In this document: piece after piece, positions 62,107 through 64,000 of the stretch | Layout: every line of letters begins with the position of its first letter | How positions within the stretch are numbered: the stretch's first letter is position 1 | Assembly: GCA_904063045.1 (NCBI GenBank) | Contig: CAJFCJ010000032.1 | Location: 186,001-250,000 of the forward strand | Length of the DNA stretch: 64,000 nt | Source of the DNA: Dimorphilus gyrociliatus | Lineage: Eukaryota; Animalia; Annelida | Reading direction: 5' to 3' | Notes under the pieces: generated by a model | Seen by the model: the letters and a program-made list of their open reading frames with translations, nothing else | What the model was told of the DNA's origin: nothing | Databases searched by the model: none | Made by a program: the position numbers and the translations under genes

Positions 62107-63223
62107 ATGGTTAAACTTTGTCTCACTTTCAGCTTTTCGTTCGTTAATTTCTTTACAATTTGCATAAAAGCCGATCAAGGTAGATTATTTTCTTTGATAA
62201 AAGTTAAGGAACCATTTCCACAACCCCAATCTAAAATAAATCTTCCGGGAGCGACACAAAATCCAGGGCTGTCATGCTTCAGTTACTGCAGATCGAGCTT
62301 GAAATGTTCATTTGTAACTTTCTCTTCGTCGGAATGTTTTTTATATGATAAGGATAGTTTGGCCGAAACCTTTTATCAGACGAATTCTCTTCAGGGAGAA
62401 AACTATCAATTGGCTTACATGAGTTTGTTCAATCCAATTTTTTTAATATTATGTTTCTATTTTCCCTTTATATTTAGCACTTCCTACACTGGTGGACGGT
62501 AGTACAATTATAAATACAAACTTTAAAGATGTGAAACCCGGTATGTTAAATACCAACTTGATGTTAACCGATTCAAGCAGTATCATGTTAACGTATCGAG
62601 TTGAGTGCGATGGTCGAACTAGAGGAATGGTAACCGGAATAGGCGGTATAAAGTTTTCCGAATCAGATTTAGTTTTACAGAATCAGTGTCGAATTAATTA
62701 TCAGAATTCTTTAGCTTCGTGGAGATCGTCAAATCCTAAAACGTTTTCCATCGAGTTGTGGTATAGGCCTAAAGATAATTTACATAGTAGCTATATTTTC
62801 TTATATCCAACTTTTTTTGGTATACTGAATGGAGAGAACGCAACTGATAAAATAGGACCAGCTTTCTTTATAGAGTCGTGTCCTAATGGAAAAATTTTCT
62901 ATACGAATAATAAAACGCTTAATTACGATAATACAATTCATCATTTGATTGTTACAGTTGATTTTAATTTAAAGGTAGTGAAACAATACCTGGATGGTGA
63001 GGAAGTTTCTTCACACGTTCTCTGCGATTATCCAAGCATTATAACTCGTCGTCAATCGATTCAACCAACCCTGCCTGGGGCGCCCAATGGTTCGACTAGA
63101 GATTATAGAGGAACAATATATTCTTTTCGATTGTTAAATAGAATATTACAAAGAGTAGAGATAAAACAGCTGAGTTTTCTCTATCCGAACGAAGTACAGC
63201 TTATACCAGAAACGCACCGCTAG
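62107..63223 (+). CDS. Secreted PAN/Apple + LamG (concanavalin-like) domain protein (exons 62107-62422, 62478-63223)
   Basis: Hydrophobic N-terminus, then C-x3-C-x5-C-x9-C (CFSYCRSSLKCSFVTFSSSEC). A 55-nt phase-1 intron joins in frame to a domain with FSIELWY, HHLIVTVD...QYLDG and YRGTIYSFRLLNRIL, typical of LamG-like folds. Confidence 0.72.
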
Positions 63224-63626
63224 TTAAACGTGAATAGTATCAAGTGTTCCAATGTGATTTCTCTCTATCCATCGGAATAAATAAATAAATAATTCATAGT
63301 AATATTTATTAATCATTTACTACAATTCATTGAATCTTATAGAATAATTACAAAGACGTTGCTCTTTGTAAGGAGGTAATTGACCTACTCCTGGGGTGTT
63401 ATTTTAAGGCACATTTAATTGATTATCTACTGTTAATATATATATATTTATATATATGTATATAGAATATTCAATAAACTTTATATGTACAACACATTGA
63501 ATATTGTGATTTAGTTTTCTTTAGATGTTAAGCATATAAAAGCAAGAGAAAAAGTTTATAAAAGTAACTTTGCTTCTTGAATATTTTCCATTTCAGACTT
63601 CGACAGCATAAAAATAAGTTTGAGAA

Positions 63627-63954
63627 ATGGAAAGTTTGTCATTGAATTGTTTATACATTTCATCATTTTTCATTACAATTTACTGTTCAGAGTTAAAAAT
63701 AAACTATTTTAAACTTATTCAAGTAACACATCCTCTACCATCGCCAAAAGAAAAGTTTACCCTAAATACCCTGCATCGTCAAGAGTCTATTCAGTTGGAA
63801 TGTTCTAGGAAATGTTTAATTTGTATGCAATTGGCATACTTTGCTTTTTCCAAGACAACTTGTTACTGTTACGGTGATGAACATCTTAAATTGACTTTTT
63901 TTAAACCAAAAAATATCATCAGTAAAGACACAGCCTTCTTTTTGGCTATAAGGG
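63627..63954 (+). CDS. Probable paralog of the preceding gene: signal peptide + PAN/Apple-like exon, truncated by the window end
   Basis: Similar layout (LIQVTHPLPSP vs LIKVKEPFPQP; CSRKC...CYCY). A phase-1 donor G|GTAATT at 63955 sits at the equivalent position. Confidence 0.6.
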
Positions 63955-64000
63955 GTAATTGTATATAATGTATATTTAGTCTCTAATTATATCATACGAT

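Noticed and set aside
1-64000. CRISPR arrays, rRNA or prokaryotic operons
   Set aside because: None seen; the sequence is intron-rich eukaryotic DNA.

Overview
AT-rich eukaryotic (bilaterian invertebrate) DNA from a compact genome with many ~50-90 nt introns and frequent GTTTGT donors. The gene content looks lophotrochozoan/annelid-like, which is inference. Left to right: 5' part of a tubby-family gene (-), LSM14 (-), ER mannosidase MAN1B1 (+), TAF4 (+), a 4-exon AHR (-) with large introns and an 8 kb upstream desert, two tandem MFSD4/NaGLT-like transporters (+) separated by an internally deleted Tc1 element, an 8-exon bacterial-BDH-like SDR (-), a convergent pair of Ptf1a paralogs, tRNA-Ser(AGA), a Tctex1-domain gene (-), a 3-exon agatoxin-like (agouti-like) knottin neuropeptide precursor (+) that the ORF track misses entirely, and a tandem pair of secreted PAN/Apple(+LamG) genes. 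All exon structures were assembled by hand from splice signals and phase. Best leads: the hidden amidated knottin neuropeptide with a shortened loop; the divergent second Ptf1a; five CTCF-like AGATGGCGC motifs placed at apparent domain borders; widespread TA-CAG/CTG-TA Tc1-type excision footprints; and an SDR with a Lys-to-Glu swap at the substrate-binding position.
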